A stretch of DNA of 64,000 bases from the sequence record NC_048053.1; one strand, written 5' to 3'. Each line of letters starts with the position of its first letter. The first letter of the stretch is position 1. This document shows positions 9,298 through 19,306 of this stretch, one piece after another. A program made the translations under genes and the position numbers. Below the pieces are notes generated by a model. It searched no databases and had not been told where the DNA came from. It saw only the letters and a program-made list of their open reading frames with translations.

Positions 9298-12200
9298 TTC
9301 ACCGCAAGCCTCTTCATCGCACGGCCTAACTTTTTAGAACTGATTTTGATTCTCTCTTTGACTGGAACTTCCGCTTTCGCTTGAGCCTTCTTCCACTCTT
9401 CGAGAAGTTTTAGGTTGCTAGGGATTTCTTTTTTCCACTGTTCAATGTTTTTCTTATCCTCATTGGTCAATGGACATTTCTTAGGCTTACTGCGCATTTC
9501 AATATCATTCGCCCAAATTTGTTTCTGCATCCATGTAGACATGAGGTGATATTGATCATTCATGATGCTGTCGAGAGTTTTCTTAACATCAAGATCTTTC
9601 TCGCCGAGTTCATCACGTTTGATTTCCAGACCTTTCTCCAGAATATCAAACAGAGCCTGATAGCTGAAATCCCAACCCTTAACATCTTTTTCAGTTGCAC
9701 CGATTTCAAAATCGATTTCCGGAACAGATGTGAATTCAAAACCTTCATGACGTTTCTGAACTTCTTCAACAACTGCGCTCGTCATCGCACGTTCAATCAT
9801 ATCCAGAGCAAGGAAGATCCAATCGTAATGACAGTCAACGGTTAAGGAGTCATGCACAGAAACGTTGAGCACGAAATCAGGATACACACCATTCGCTTCC
9901 CAATATTCGTATTTCATGCGATCTAGAATTCGAATCGCACTCATCATTAAATCGGAACCAAAACCCTGAACAGGCGAGTTTACTGCGCGACGATCACAAG
10001 AAGCATAAACGTTATCGGCATCGCTATGCTGTTTCGGCAGCATGAATCCCCACAAGTGGCGGCGACGACCGACCGGAGATTCCACGAAAAAGTTTTTATG
10101 CGCGAATCGTTTAATCGAATCAAACCATTTCAGACCGACCGGGAAACGTTTAAGGAACTTACCTTTGATTTCCACAATCTCATCAACTTCGCGCCCGGTA
10201 CTCTTCGCCAGACCTTTATCGCCTTGCTGATAAATCAGACCAAAGATAACAGTCTTAACTGCGTTACGAATTGATTTCGTAACTTCCATGATATCAATAC
10301 CAAAGAAGTATGCAGCGTTGATTTTATGAACGTCACCTTCAACCTCAATTCGGTGCGCAATCCATTTATCAGGAACAGTACGATAGCGACGACGCAAAAT
10401 CGCGCCCTGTTCAAATACATCAGCAACACCCTGATCGCCAGATATAATTGACCAGCCTCGAACTTCGTGTGCAGAGTAGTCCACCTTAATGAGCATACGA
10501 TTTTTACGCGCAATCAAAATACGCTTAATCAGTTTACCCATTTCGGAACGTGACGGAACCTGTTGCAAGTTAGGATCGCGTGCAGAAGTACGACCCGTAA
10601 CAACTCCGAGATAGCCATATGACGGACGAATCGATCTGTCATGTTTAAAGTCATCACTTTCGCCCCACAGTTTCAGCAGACTGTTAACGTAGGCGTTACG
10701 GAGTTTGTATGCTTTATTCAGTTTCGTAAACAGAGCAACCATCGGATTGTCGGCATATGCCGCTTGGAAATCTTTATCCAATTTACCAAATGGTTTTCCG
10801 TTTGGACGGATCTTATCACTCTCCTTCAACGGCTTGAGTTTCATCACGTCAAAGAAAAGAATTTGTTTATGTTCCTGCGAACTCAAATCAAATTTCTGGA
10901 CATGCACTTCACCCATCAAACCAAACTTCGGAATGTTGGAATCCTTCAAGATGATTTTATTTGCTTTCGCTACTTCCGGACTATCTAAGAACTCACGCTC
11001 AACGTTTTTGATTTCTTGGTTAATCGGACTGTTCGGAAGATTCAGTTTAAACAGGTAGTCAATATCAGCACCTGCGCCTGTACTTTCCAGAATACTAAAC
11101 GCATGAATCTGATCGCTAATCTGTTTGCTAACCATCGACTCATATTTGTCGTAGCCGATATCTTTCGCACGTTGAATTTGTTTCTCATGAAGCAAGAACG
11201 GAATGATAACGTCAGCGCCTGCGTATTCCTGAACCTGTTCATCAAGATCCACATCAGCAATTGTCGCACGCTGCGCTTTGCCGAAAGAAAGATCTAAATA
11301 CAACTCACAGCCATACTGCATAGTGAGGTTAGCGAGGTTGTAATAACCTTTGCCTGTTACCAGTTGGAGAGATTTTGCATTCTCATCAAAAGCAAACTCA
11401 CCTGCCTGAACATCCCACACGTCAGATTTAAAACTGCGCACTCCGAAATTGCTTCGAATAACGTTTAAGTCAAACTTCGCGTTAGCGTAAATCTGATATT
11501 TGTTTTCGTTCTTTTCAAAGTAATCACGGAAGTCTCGCGTAATCTTTTTCAATTCCTTTGGACTGAAAGGACTATCACGATGAAACACCGGAACCACATA
11601 CGCTGTCTTGCCGTCCATACAAAACTGAACGGTAAGAACTTTGTTTACGATGCGGTTAAGGTTTTCTGTTTCGGTATCCACTGCAACCTTTTCGGCTACA
11701 GTTAATTCCTGCATCAGCTTTTTGAATTTGCTATACTTCGTGATGTACTTGAGATTCCAGTTACGATCTTTTCCACTCGTAACTTTACGAATCTTGTACG
11801 GCATTTCACAATCGTTGAACCACGGTAACATCCAACGCGCCATGTAGCCTAACGTATAGCTGGTTCCAACAATACTGCGTGGATGAAGAACGCTGTTATA
11901 ACTTACGTTAGGCAGATGTTTAAATTTATGCGAAATGCCATTCACTTTTATTCGTGAAGGAATGATCACGCCGTACCAGTTACTGATATCACCTTTCGCA
12001 TCATACGCACGCTGAATTTTTTCTTTATTCAAACAGTGGAACGGTGCGCTGCCAAAAGTCAAAACGATTTCTGGCTTATACTCAACGATGATTTCTTTGA
12101 TACGTTTACCAAACGCTTCTTCGGCATCAGCTTTATACTGATCGGACTTGTCGTAAGTTTTAAACATGTTGAAACTAACAACAAGGAAATTCCAATCGTC

Positions 12201-12449
12201 AAGTGTAGTTTTTAACGGGAACGTATCTTCCAGATACTGAATCTGATTCAAAAATGTTTGACCAGTTACACCACTAAAGATCTTCCCATTCTCCAGATCT
12301 TCGGACGGCATATGGTCAACAACAATCAGGGCTTTGCGTGAAGACTTTTTATCGGCGACACCTTTAAGGACACGGACGAAATCATACGTCTGTTGATCCT
12401 CAAATTCTTTCGGTGCGTCATAGTCGAGAGTTAAATGTTTTGTTTTCAT
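9294..12449 (-). CDS. polA: Family A DNA polymerase with 3'-5' exonuclease and N-terminal UDG-like domain
   Basis: Exo motifs DTETE, NAKFD, YAGAD; TGRTSARDPNLQQVP; motif A DYSAHEVR, motif B KTVIFGLIY, motif C VHDS; N-terminal DHMPSEDLENGKIFSG and YKPEIVLTFG resemble family-4 UDG. Confidence 0.95.
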   Translation of the reverse strand: MKTKHLTLDYDAPKEFEDQQTYDFVRVLKGVADKKSSRKALIVVDHMPSEDLENGKIFSGVTGQTFLNQIQYLEDTFPLKTTLDDWNFLVVSFNMFKTYDKSDQYKADAEEAFGKRIKEIIVEYKPEIVLTFGSAPFHCLNKEKIQRAYDAKGDISNWYGVIIPSRIKVNGISHKFKHLPNVSYNSVLHPRSIVGTSYTLGYMARWMLPWFNDCEMPYKIRKVTSGKDRNWNLKYITKYSKFKKLMQELTVAEKVAVDTETENLNRIVNKVLTVQFCMDGKTAYVVPVFHRDSPFSPKELKKITRDFRDYFEKNENKYQIYANAKFDLNVIRSNFGVRSFKSDVWDVQAGEFAFDENAKSLQLVTGKGYYNLANLTMQYGCELYLDLSFGKAQRATIADVDLDEQVQEYAGADVIIPFLLHEKQIQRAKDIGYDKYESMVSKQISDQIHAFSILESTGAGADIDYLFKLNLPNSPINQEIKNVEREFLDSPEVAKANKIILKDSNIPKFGLMGEVHVQKFDLSSQEHKQILFFDVMKLKPLKESDKIRPNGKPFGKLDKDFQAAYADNPMVALFTKLNKAYKLRNAYVNSLLKLWGESDDFKHDRSIRPSYGYLGVVTGRTSARDPNLQQVPSRSEMGKLIKRILIARKNRMLIKVDYSAHEVRGWSIISGDQGVADVFEQGAILRRRYRTVPDKWIAHRIEVEGDVHKINAAYFFGIDIMEVTKSIRNAVKTVIFGLIYQQGDKGLAKSTGREVDEIVEIKGKFLKRFPVGLKWFDSIKRFAHKNFFVESPVGRRRHLWGFMLPKQHSDADNVYASCDRRAVNSPVQGFGSDLMMSAIRILDRMKYEYWEANGVYPDFVLNVSVHDSLTVDCHYDWIFLALDMIERAMTSAVVEEVQKRHEGFEFTSVPEIDFEIGATEKDVKGWDFSYQALFDILEKGLEIKRDELGEKDLDVKKTLDSIMNDQYHLMSTWMQKQIWANDIEMRSKPKKCPLTNEDKKNIEQWKKEIPSNLKLLEEWKKAQAKAEVPVKERIKISSKKLGRAMKRLAVK

Positions 12450-12483
12450 ATCGCCCAATGGTCAAATAGACAATCACCCTAGT

Positions 12484-12495
12484 TATTTACAGTTT
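12484..12495 (-). promoter_or_regulatory. CTGTAAATA motif upstream of DNA polymerase
   Basis: AAACTGTAAATA about 35 nt upstream of ATG 12449, just after a terminator. Confidence 0.6.
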
Positions 12496-12510
12496 TCCAG
12501 ACCAACTTAA

Positions 12511-12540
12511 AATGAAAAGGGGCGCAAAATGCACCCCAAT
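12511..12540 (-). terminator. Rho-independent terminator
   Basis: GGGGTGC-ATTTT-GCGCCCC-TTTTCATTT. Confidence 0.8.
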
Positions 12541-12543
12541 TTG

Positions 12544-12861
12544 TTAGGCAAAGCCTTTCGGAATTTTCACTTTTGCGACCACTTCCACAGCCTGCAAAAG
12601 AGTTTTCGCCTTGAGCAAAAGTTTCAGTGTTGCCACATTCTTTTTGCCGCCAGCACTAGCGCCATATTTGGCAGTAGTTTCTTCGCTTTTTAAAACATCC
12701 AGAACGTGCGAAAGTTTCGAGGTATCAAGCTCTTTAGCTTTAACCAAAGTTTCGATACTGGATAGCAGAGACTCACCACGCGCACCAAAAAGAATTTTGG
12801 CATTCGAGGACTGACTCTTTGTTGCCGAAACTGAATCAACCTTTAAGGAAATCGTCGTCAT
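12544..12861 (-). CDS. Small basic protein with ISL...SVSA N-terminus, probable virion protein
   Basis: MTTISLKVDSVSATK; Lys/Ala-rich. Confidence 0.65.
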   Translation of the reverse strand: MTTISLKVDSVSATKSQSSNAKILFGARGESLLSSIETLVKAKELDTSKLSHVLDVLKSEETTAKYGASAGGKKNVATLKLLLKAKTLLQAVEVVAKVKIPKGFA

Positions 12862-12863
12862 AC

Positions 12864-13418
12864 TTATTTCCTCTTCTGTTGAGTCCAGTCACGTTTCTGG
12901 TTTTGATTCTGAACAGGTTTTACTTCTTCAACCGGAGAAGAATTTTCTTCCTCTTCTTCCTGTTCGGTTTCAATTTCCGGTTCAGGTTCCGCAGGTTTCT
13001 CTTCCGGTTTAACGTCAATCGGCGCTTCGATGTGAGAAGAAACCACAGGCGCAGGCGCATCAGCAATTTTAGCCATAGGCTTTGCTTGAACTTCCGGAAC
13101 AGAAAAATGTTCGTCCAGATGTGCGCGAGTAATCAGATTGCCCTTATCAGCCAGAATTTTTTCTTTCTCTTCTGCCGACATTTTCATGCAGGCGATTTCC
13201 AAAGTTTTCCCGCGCATATACGTTAAACCTTTCGGCAAACGATCACGACCAGTAAAGGGCAGACCGTTCGACGGAACAGCAGGTTCGAAACTATCATCGA
13301 ATTCCCACTGGCGTTTTGCCGCAATGCACTTTGGCCCCCACACACCATCACACACGCCGTCATACCAGCCGAGGAATGTCATGATGACTTGAATCTGTTG
13401 ATAGAAATCACTGAGCAT
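12864..13418 (-). CDS. Peptidoglycan-binding-domain-like protein with acidic/Pro-rich tail
   Basis: IQVIMTFLGWYDGVCDGVWGPKCIAAKRQWE fits the PG_binding_1 pattern (L..LGY..G..DG.+GP.T..A++.+Q). Confidence 0.65.
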   Translation of the reverse strand: MLSDFYQQIQVIMTFLGWYDGVCDGVWGPKCIAAKRQWEFDDSFEPAVPSNGLPFTGRDRLPKGLTYMRGKTLEIACMKMSAEEKEKILADKGNLITRAHLDEHFSVPEVQAKPMAKIADAPAPVVSSHIEAPIDVKPEEKPAEPEPEIETEQEEEEENSSPVEEVKPVQNQNQKRDWTQQKRK

Positions 13419-13430
13419 AAATTTCTCCTG

Positions 13431-13457
13431 AAAGAAAAGGAGGCCGAAGCCTCCCTA
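13431..13457 (-). terminator. Rho-independent terminator
   Basis: GGGAGGC-TTCG-GCCTCC-TTTTCTTT. Confidence 0.8.
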
Positions 13458-13461
13458 ACTT

Positions 13462-16400
13462 TTACGCGGATTTAGTTTTGTCTTTCGTCGCCTTGATTTT
13501 ATCAAGAGCAGCAACGCATTTCTTCAAGTTCGTAACAGAGTAACCTGCTTTGATGATCTTGTTGATTTTCGCTTTTGCTTTTGCGACGGACGGTAAGAAT
13601 CCGATCCACATACCATCAGCTTTCTCGAACGTACCAAACTTACGAGTGTTTGGAATTTTCTTGCCAGCAAATTTGGTAGCCATCGGGTTCGTTGCAACGT
13701 CGATCATGATGCGCAGACGATCTTCCATTACCATCGGATAAGCCTTAACGTGTTTCTTATCGGATGCAGCGCGGTGACGTACAAGGAAGAACTGACGAAG
13801 TTCTGATTGCAATTTCACTGCCTGTTTCTGATTGAAACTCATGCGGCCTGTCGAAGCGAATACGTCGAGAACATATTCCAAACGTTTTGCTGTCGCGTTG
13901 TCGAATTCGTATTTCTTCTCGATGTAGTCCAAGAACTTCTCGAAATCTGCGTAGTAATAGAAATCCACGTAGATGTAAGAACCGAATTCCACAAACTCTT
14001 GCTCTTTCAGCATTTTCGTATCCGGATCAGAAACGTCAGCATACAGAGCAATGAATCCGTTGTACACGGTAGGCGTTAAGTTGAAAGCCATATCGGTTTT
14101 CGATTCCTTAACTGCCTCGCGAACAGAAATCGTTGCAGGCTTAACTTTGTTATCCAGCGGTTTCAGCGGTTTCGGTGCAGGACGAACCTTGCCAGCCGCT
14201 TCTTTCACGCCTTCATTGATAGGCTTATCTTCGCGTTTATTTTCCGCACGTTTATTCTGACGAGCAGCTTCACGTTCGATTTTCGGCAGACGCTCACGCG
14301 TAGCTTCTTTATCTTGCGTTTCTTTCTCATCCTGAATCTGATCTTTCGCACGCTTGTTGTTAGACATGCGTTCAACGCGTTTACGATCAGTTTCTGTCGC
14401 CCACGGCTTGTTAGTTTTGAAAAACTCTTCAAGCTGTTTATCCGTTACTTTGGTTGCGACATGAATTTTCGCAGCGGAGATAGTCATCAACTCATCGGTG
14501 CCGTGGATACGAACACGCACGGTACTGATAGGATCGTCAGAACGTAAACGAGTTGTTCCCGGCTCATTACGAACAGAGATACCCACGATCTGACCGTTGC
14601 CGAATTCTGTTACGACTGGCATCAAATACAATGCGCGTTTCAGAATTTCACCGTCGATAAACTCATTCTCTTTCGTCCAATCACGCAGACGAGTTAAACC
14701 GTAGCCGTGACGATCTGGAATCTTCTGGTTGTTCACAATCGGACACTGTTCCATGATACCGAAACCACGGAGCGGTTCAGCCGGAGTAAGCGGAATCATC
14801 TGCGCAACCGTAGTCTTACGCATATCAGCAAACTCTTTTTGTTCGATTGAGTTCAACTCTGCTTTCGCAGCGAAGTAATCTTCGAAATCTTCCATTTCGT
14901 TGTTGGCGATCAGAAGTTCCGCGTTCATACGAATCGGACGCAAATCATATTTGTCCAAAGGCTCGTAAAGTTCGTTGCCTTTTTCGTCGAACTGCGTTTT
15001 CTGCAAAGTCTTCCACATTAAGCGAGCGACTTTACCTACTTCCAAAGTTTTGTTCGTCATGATCCAGTCGATGAACACAACTTCACGCGCCATATCACCC
15101 GGCTTGCCGTTTTCATCCAGAGTTGCAGCACTAACATCCGGACGGAAAATACGTGCAGTGGATTGATCGTAAACACCCGGCGACCACGGAGTATCGCAAC
15201 GAATGATACGGCTACCCATTTGCATGTTGTGGCCTTCGGAGATCGCCTGTTCGTTCGCAATCAGAATCTGAATTGTTGGATCAGTTTTGAATGCGTCGAG
15301 GTTTGCGCCTTTATCCTGACCAAGTTTGCTAACTTCACCGTGATAAAGCACAGCAATCTTTTTGTAGTTAGGAGGCAACGCGTTATAGATTGCGTTTGCG
15401 GAACGTGTGTAACGAGTAAACACGATCAGCTTACCAACTTTCTCTTCTTTCCAGTAATCCGGATCTTGCGGAGGTGGAACCATTGACGGAGGAAGATCCG
15501 CACGCCCATAACCATCGCTATGTTTACGCGCCAGATATTTTTTACCATCGTAAACTGCGATATCCAATTCACGCGGCTCTACGCCCGGTTTCCACTCAAA
15601 GATCTGGTGAGTACGGTTTGCAGGATCACGCTGCGCCTGAACTTCGAAGTGTTGTTTGATGCGATCAATAATCGTCGTTACTTTGACAGACACAAAGTTT
15701 TTCACTCCAGCCTGTTCAAAAGTTTCGCGAGCGATATCATCACCCATCGGATCGGTAAGCATCATTTCCATGCGCTGAAAATATACGTTCAACTCAACGT
15801 TGTTTGCCAGCAAGGAACCTAATACATCACCTTCCTCTTCGTTGTTATCTTCCGGATCGATATCCGGGTTCGAATCGTTTTCGTCAGCGCTACCGCCTTC
15901 GTCATCGTCCGAATTACCGCCTTTCTTCTTCGCGTTTTCCGCAGCTTCGTTCAACATATCGAAAAGTTGCTGATACATTGCATCGTAAACTTGCTTGTGC
16001 AAATCAGAATGCGGAACAGAAGCATCGTCGATGTTTACCGGGAAGAAAGTATCAATCGGCGACGGAAGCATGAAAGCCCAATGCTTACGTTTGTACGCAA
16101 TGAATGCCGTGTGGTTAGACAGACGAGAATGCGCACGACGAATCGCGGCAAGTTCGCCATCACCTTTATCCAGCGTATCGAGATCGCTACCGAAAATTGT
16201 CGGAGACATTAACGCAGCCTGACCAACAACGTCAGTCACGATATCAGTTACCAACGTACCAGTTGCGATACGTGCATAGCGAACAGAAGGAACAGTGAAT
16301 ACTGCTTTCGTATTCAAGTGAACCGCAGAACCGCCAGCCATGTTTTTCGCTTTATGACTTTCATCGAGCAGCACGTAACTAAAGTTGAAACGTTTTACGA

Positions 16401-19296
16401 ATTCAACTGCGCCACGAATACGAACACGCACACCGCCGATATCAACATCCAGCGTACCCGTTGACAGGAAAGAAAGACCAGCAACAAAGATTGTGTTTTT
16501 CGGTGCCTGCATGATTACGTCATAGAGACGTTCTTGCGTCCACACGCCGACTGTATCGGAAGTGATCGGCACTGCGTTCCAACCGTTTGCAATTTTATGC
16601 AGGTCATCACACCAGTTTGCAACGAGGTTTGTCGGACACAGAATCAACGGACGAATTTGTTCTTGTCCGAGATCCTCAAGCTCTTTCATCATACAACCGA
16701 TATCAGTAAGACCGATGATCGTTTTACCGCCGCCCGGTGCAATAAAGATCGTTGCAAAGCGAGGACGACGACGCAGAGTTTGATGTGCGCCCAACTGGTG
16801 AGGCATTAACGCTGTACCCTGTTTCAATCCGGGGAATTGAATATCTTCCGCAGTGATTGAAGTATCAGGTTTTAACTTTTCAACTTCTTCTTCCGCAGCG
16901 CTGAAAATTTCCAGAGCGTTTGGAGCGCAACGAGCATACAGAGTTGCGAACGGCAGCGTCACATGTTGCAGACGGTTACTGTTCGGCGCATCCGGAGATT
17001 CAGCCAGCAACGCATAAAGTTTCTTGCGATCATATTTCAGAATCGCGTCACATGCTTCACGGAAAATTGCGCCGCCGAGATAGTTAACCAGACGACCCAT
17101 ATCCGCAAGTTTCGCTTCGGTTCCGATTTTGAAATAATGCGGATCTTCTTCCATCGCTTCGGCAGCGGCGGCAATCGATCCAGTTTCATTAATCAGAGTT
17201 GCGAGCAAGTTACTTCCGCGCAGACCAGCAGCATCATTCAGAGTACGAATCATAATGCGGAACAACGCACGATCAACCAGAATGTTTTCGTTAACGGAAA
17301 GATCGTTTTCGACAATACCGTTATACAATCCGCGATCATAGTTGGAATCTGCGAGATTGGTTCCTTCGTCATAACCCAAAGAGGCAGCAGCATTTTTAAC
17401 GAGCGCAGACAGTTTCGGCATTTTACCGACGCGTGCCATGTAGCCGTAAGTTGCGCAGATATCCGCAACCAATTTCAAAAGCTGTTCGGTGCCGCTATTG
17501 CTTGCGCCGTTGATAGTGATCGAAGTTGAAGACGAACCGCTAATGATTTTCCCGGATGCAGCTTCGAGAGAACCAGTATCAGAGAACAGAATGTTCGCAG
17601 CGGTATGGCCTTCTGACGCAGACGTTGAAAGCAAACGAACAATTTCCGCAGCGCTACGGAAGTTCGGAGATTCACCCGGTTCAGCAAAATCAAAACCGAG
17701 AATATCAGCAGTATCGAGAGACGTTGGCGCTTTAGCACCGATGATACGTGAACTTGCAATACCAATACTCTGACTTGCAGAGCGAACGATAGTTGCGAAA
17801 TCCGGATCAACGCCTAAACAAATGCCGCGATATTTTGCCAGCGAGTTTGCGCGATCTTGCGTCGTGCGATCAATGTCCAGATCATTTTCTTTTACGGAGA
17901 AAATATCAGAACGTAACGTGTTGTGAGATTCACTGAACGGAATACCTTTTTCATACAGGTCTTCCAGTACGCTGTTAAATTCACTTTCGAATTTTGCAAC
18001 GGTATCCAGATCGATATCATCACGCTTAGGCAGAACAGCAGGCATACCATTCGGCATCATAGTCAGACCGTTTTCGTCCGACTGAGTATCAGTTACCTGA
18101 TAGCCACACTCTTTACGCACGTCCTGCAAACGAGGAATCGAAGTTGCAGAAGTAACGTAGCGAGGAATCTGCGAAATTTTCGTGTAGAGACGAATCGCAC
18201 CAGTTGTACCTTTTTTCTTTTTGGTACGCCCTGCCGTCATGTAGTAACTGGCCCAGCCAGAATACCAACGATAAAGGCAAAGAGTTTTCAGTGCGCTATC
18301 ACCTTGCGAAATGTAATCCACAAATTCTTTACGCAGAGAAAGAATCAAACCGGATTCAACTTCAACGCACAGCGCATGAGCAACCGGGTTAACTTCTACG
18401 TCACCCTGATCCGCACGCATGTTCTGCAACTGACGATAAGTGATCTGACGAGACGGCATAGCACGCAGACCAATCGACATAAAGTTAGAAGCAGCTTTCA
18501 CCAACTTCATATCAACGTCACGGAAAACTTCAACGCCAACTTGTGCCATCAACGGATGAATTGCATCAAAGATCGCATTCAGTTGTGACCATTTAAAATT
18601 CAGCGGAATTGTGTGAAGATCGGTATCGAACATCGCACGACCGACAGGACGTTTCTTTCCGAAAATTGCTTCATGCAATTGTTGTGCAGCGCGCAAAGCA
18701 CCCTGAGCAATTTCAGCAGAATAAATTCGCGTGTTGTTACTCTCAAATGCTTCGTCCTGTTTGCTGTCAATAAGAGCAAGCGGAGGACGGCGCATAAGCA
18801 CAAAATTCCCGCTTTGAGCGAGATCACTGTTACCGGACGGAATACCGGAGTTAACGATATCGCTACCGCCAGCAAAACGCTTCGACGGGCGAATTGTCAG
18901 ACCGGAAGGATACTGTAAGTTTTGCGCCAGTTTTTCCATTGTTGCGGAAGAAGGACTTGCAACAATAGATTCGATTGTTGAAATGCCATCAGCCAACATG
19001 CGGCGAACTTCCGCAACAAACTGATCCGGATCAACATCAATCATATCTTCAAAATCAGCGCCGCGAGCAACCAATACTTGAAGAACGTTGAAAGCCAATT
19101 GCGTGCGAGCACAATATTCCGACGCCAGCAAACCAAGTTGTGCGAAAACTTTTTTGTTTGCAGCGGAAACATATAGCTCTTTATATTTCTCTTCGTCGGA
19201 CGCCGACAATTCGTGAATGCTTAACGTCTTATTGACGGCATCAACGAGTTGCGTAGAGCCTGACGGTTGTGCAGCAGACGTGCTAAAAATTTGCAT
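13462..19296 (-). CDS. 1944-aa SNF2-family helicase/translocase-domain protein
   Basis: MPHQ, APGGGKT, ILCPTNLVANW, LLDESH, ATGT, KLIVFTRY, SEGHNMQ, DTPWSPGVYDQSTARIFRP; about 830 aa unknown N-terminus starting MQIFSTSAA. Confidence 0.85.
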   Translation of the reverse strand: MQIFSTSAAQPSGSTQLVDAVNKTLSIHELSASDEEKYKELYVSAANKKVFAQLGLLASEYCARTQLAFNVLQVLVARGADFEDMIDVDPDQFVAEVRRMLADGISTIESIVASPSSATMEKLAQNLQYPSGLTIRPSKRFAGGSDIVNSGIPSGNSDLAQSGNFVLMRRPPLALIDSKQDEAFESNNTRIYSAEIAQGALRAAQQLHEAIFGKKRPVGRAMFDTDLHTIPLNFKWSQLNAIFDAIHPLMAQVGVEVFRDVDMKLVKAASNFMSIGLRAMPSRQITYRQLQNMRADQGDVEVNPVAHALCVEVESGLILSLRKEFVDYISQGDSALKTLCLYRWYSGWASYYMTAGRTKKKKGTTGAIRLYTKISQIPRYVTSATSIPRLQDVRKECGYQVTDTQSDENGLTMMPNGMPAVLPKRDDIDLDTVAKFESEFNSVLEDLYEKGIPFSESHNTLRSDIFSVKENDLDIDRTTQDRANSLAKYRGICLGVDPDFATIVRSASQSIGIASSRIIGAKAPTSLDTADILGFDFAEPGESPNFRSAAEIVRLLSTSASEGHTAANILFSDTGSLEAASGKIISGSSSTSITINGASNSGTEQLLKLVADICATYGYMARVGKMPKLSALVKNAAASLGYDEGTNLADSNYDRGLYNGIVENDLSVNENILVDRALFRIMIRTLNDAAGLRGSNLLATLINETGSIAAAAEAMEEDPHYFKIGTEAKLADMGRLVNYLGGAIFREACDAILKYDRKKLYALLAESPDAPNSNRLQHVTLPFATLYARCAPNALEIFSAAEEEVEKLKPDTSITAEDIQFPGLKQGTALMPHQLGAHQTLRRRPRFATIFIAPGGGKTIIGLTDIGCMMKELEDLGQEQIRPLILCPTNLVANWCDDLHKIANGWNAVPITSDTVGVWTQERLYDVIMQAPKNTIFVAGLSFLSTGTLDVDIGGVRVRIRGAVEFVKRFNFSYVLLDESHKAKNMAGGSAVHLNTKAVFTVPSVRYARIATGTLVTDIVTDVVGQAALMSPTIFGSDLDTLDKGDGELAAIRRAHSRLSNHTAFIAYKRKHWAFMLPSPIDTFFPVNIDDASVPHSDLHKQVYDAMYQQLFDMLNEAAENAKKKGGNSDDDEGGSADENDSNPDIDPEDNNEEEGDVLGSLLANNVELNVYFQRMEMMLTDPMGDDIARETFEQAGVKNFVSVKVTTIIDRIKQHFEVQAQRDPANRTHQIFEWKPGVEPRELDIAVYDGKKYLARKHSDGYGRADLPPSMVPPPQDPDYWKEEKVGKLIVFTRYTRSANAIYNALPPNYKKIAVLYHGEVSKLGQDKGANLDAFKTDPTIQILIANEQAISEGHNMQMGSRIIRCDTPWSPGVYDQSTARIFRPDVSAATLDENGKPGDMAREVVFIDWIMTNKTLEVGKVARLMWKTLQKTQFDEKGNELYEPLDKYDLRPIRMNAELLIANNEMEDFEDYFAAKAELNSIEQKEFADMRKTTVAQMIPLTPAEPLRGFGIMEQCPIVNNQKIPDRHGYGLTRLRDWTKENEFIDGEILKRALYLMPVVTEFGNGQIVGISVRNEPGTTRLRSDDPISTVRVRIHGTDELMTISAAKIHVATKVTDKQLEEFFKTNKPWATETDRKRVERMSNNKRAKDQIQDEKETQDKEATRERLPKIEREAARQNKRAENKREDKPINEGVKEAAGKVRPAPKPLKPLDNKVKPATISVREAVKESKTDMAFNLTPTVYNGFIALYADVSDPDTKMLKEQEFVEFGSYIYVDFYYYADFEKFLDYIEKKYEFDNATAKRLEYVLDVFASTGRMSFNQKQAVKLQSELRQFFLVRHRAASDKKHVKAYPMVMEDRLRIMIDVATNPMATKFAGKKIPNTRKFGTFEKADGMWIGFLPSVAKAKAKINKIIKAGYSVTNLKKCVAALDKIKATKDKTKSA

Positions 19297-19306
19297 CTTT
19301 TATTCC

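Noticed and set aside
9294-12449. Intein or intron in the DNA polymerase or SNF2 gene
   Set aside because: Motif spacing is accounted for by UDG-like, exonuclease and polymerase domains; no C/S...HN-C/S/T splice junctions or LAGLIDADG motifs seen.
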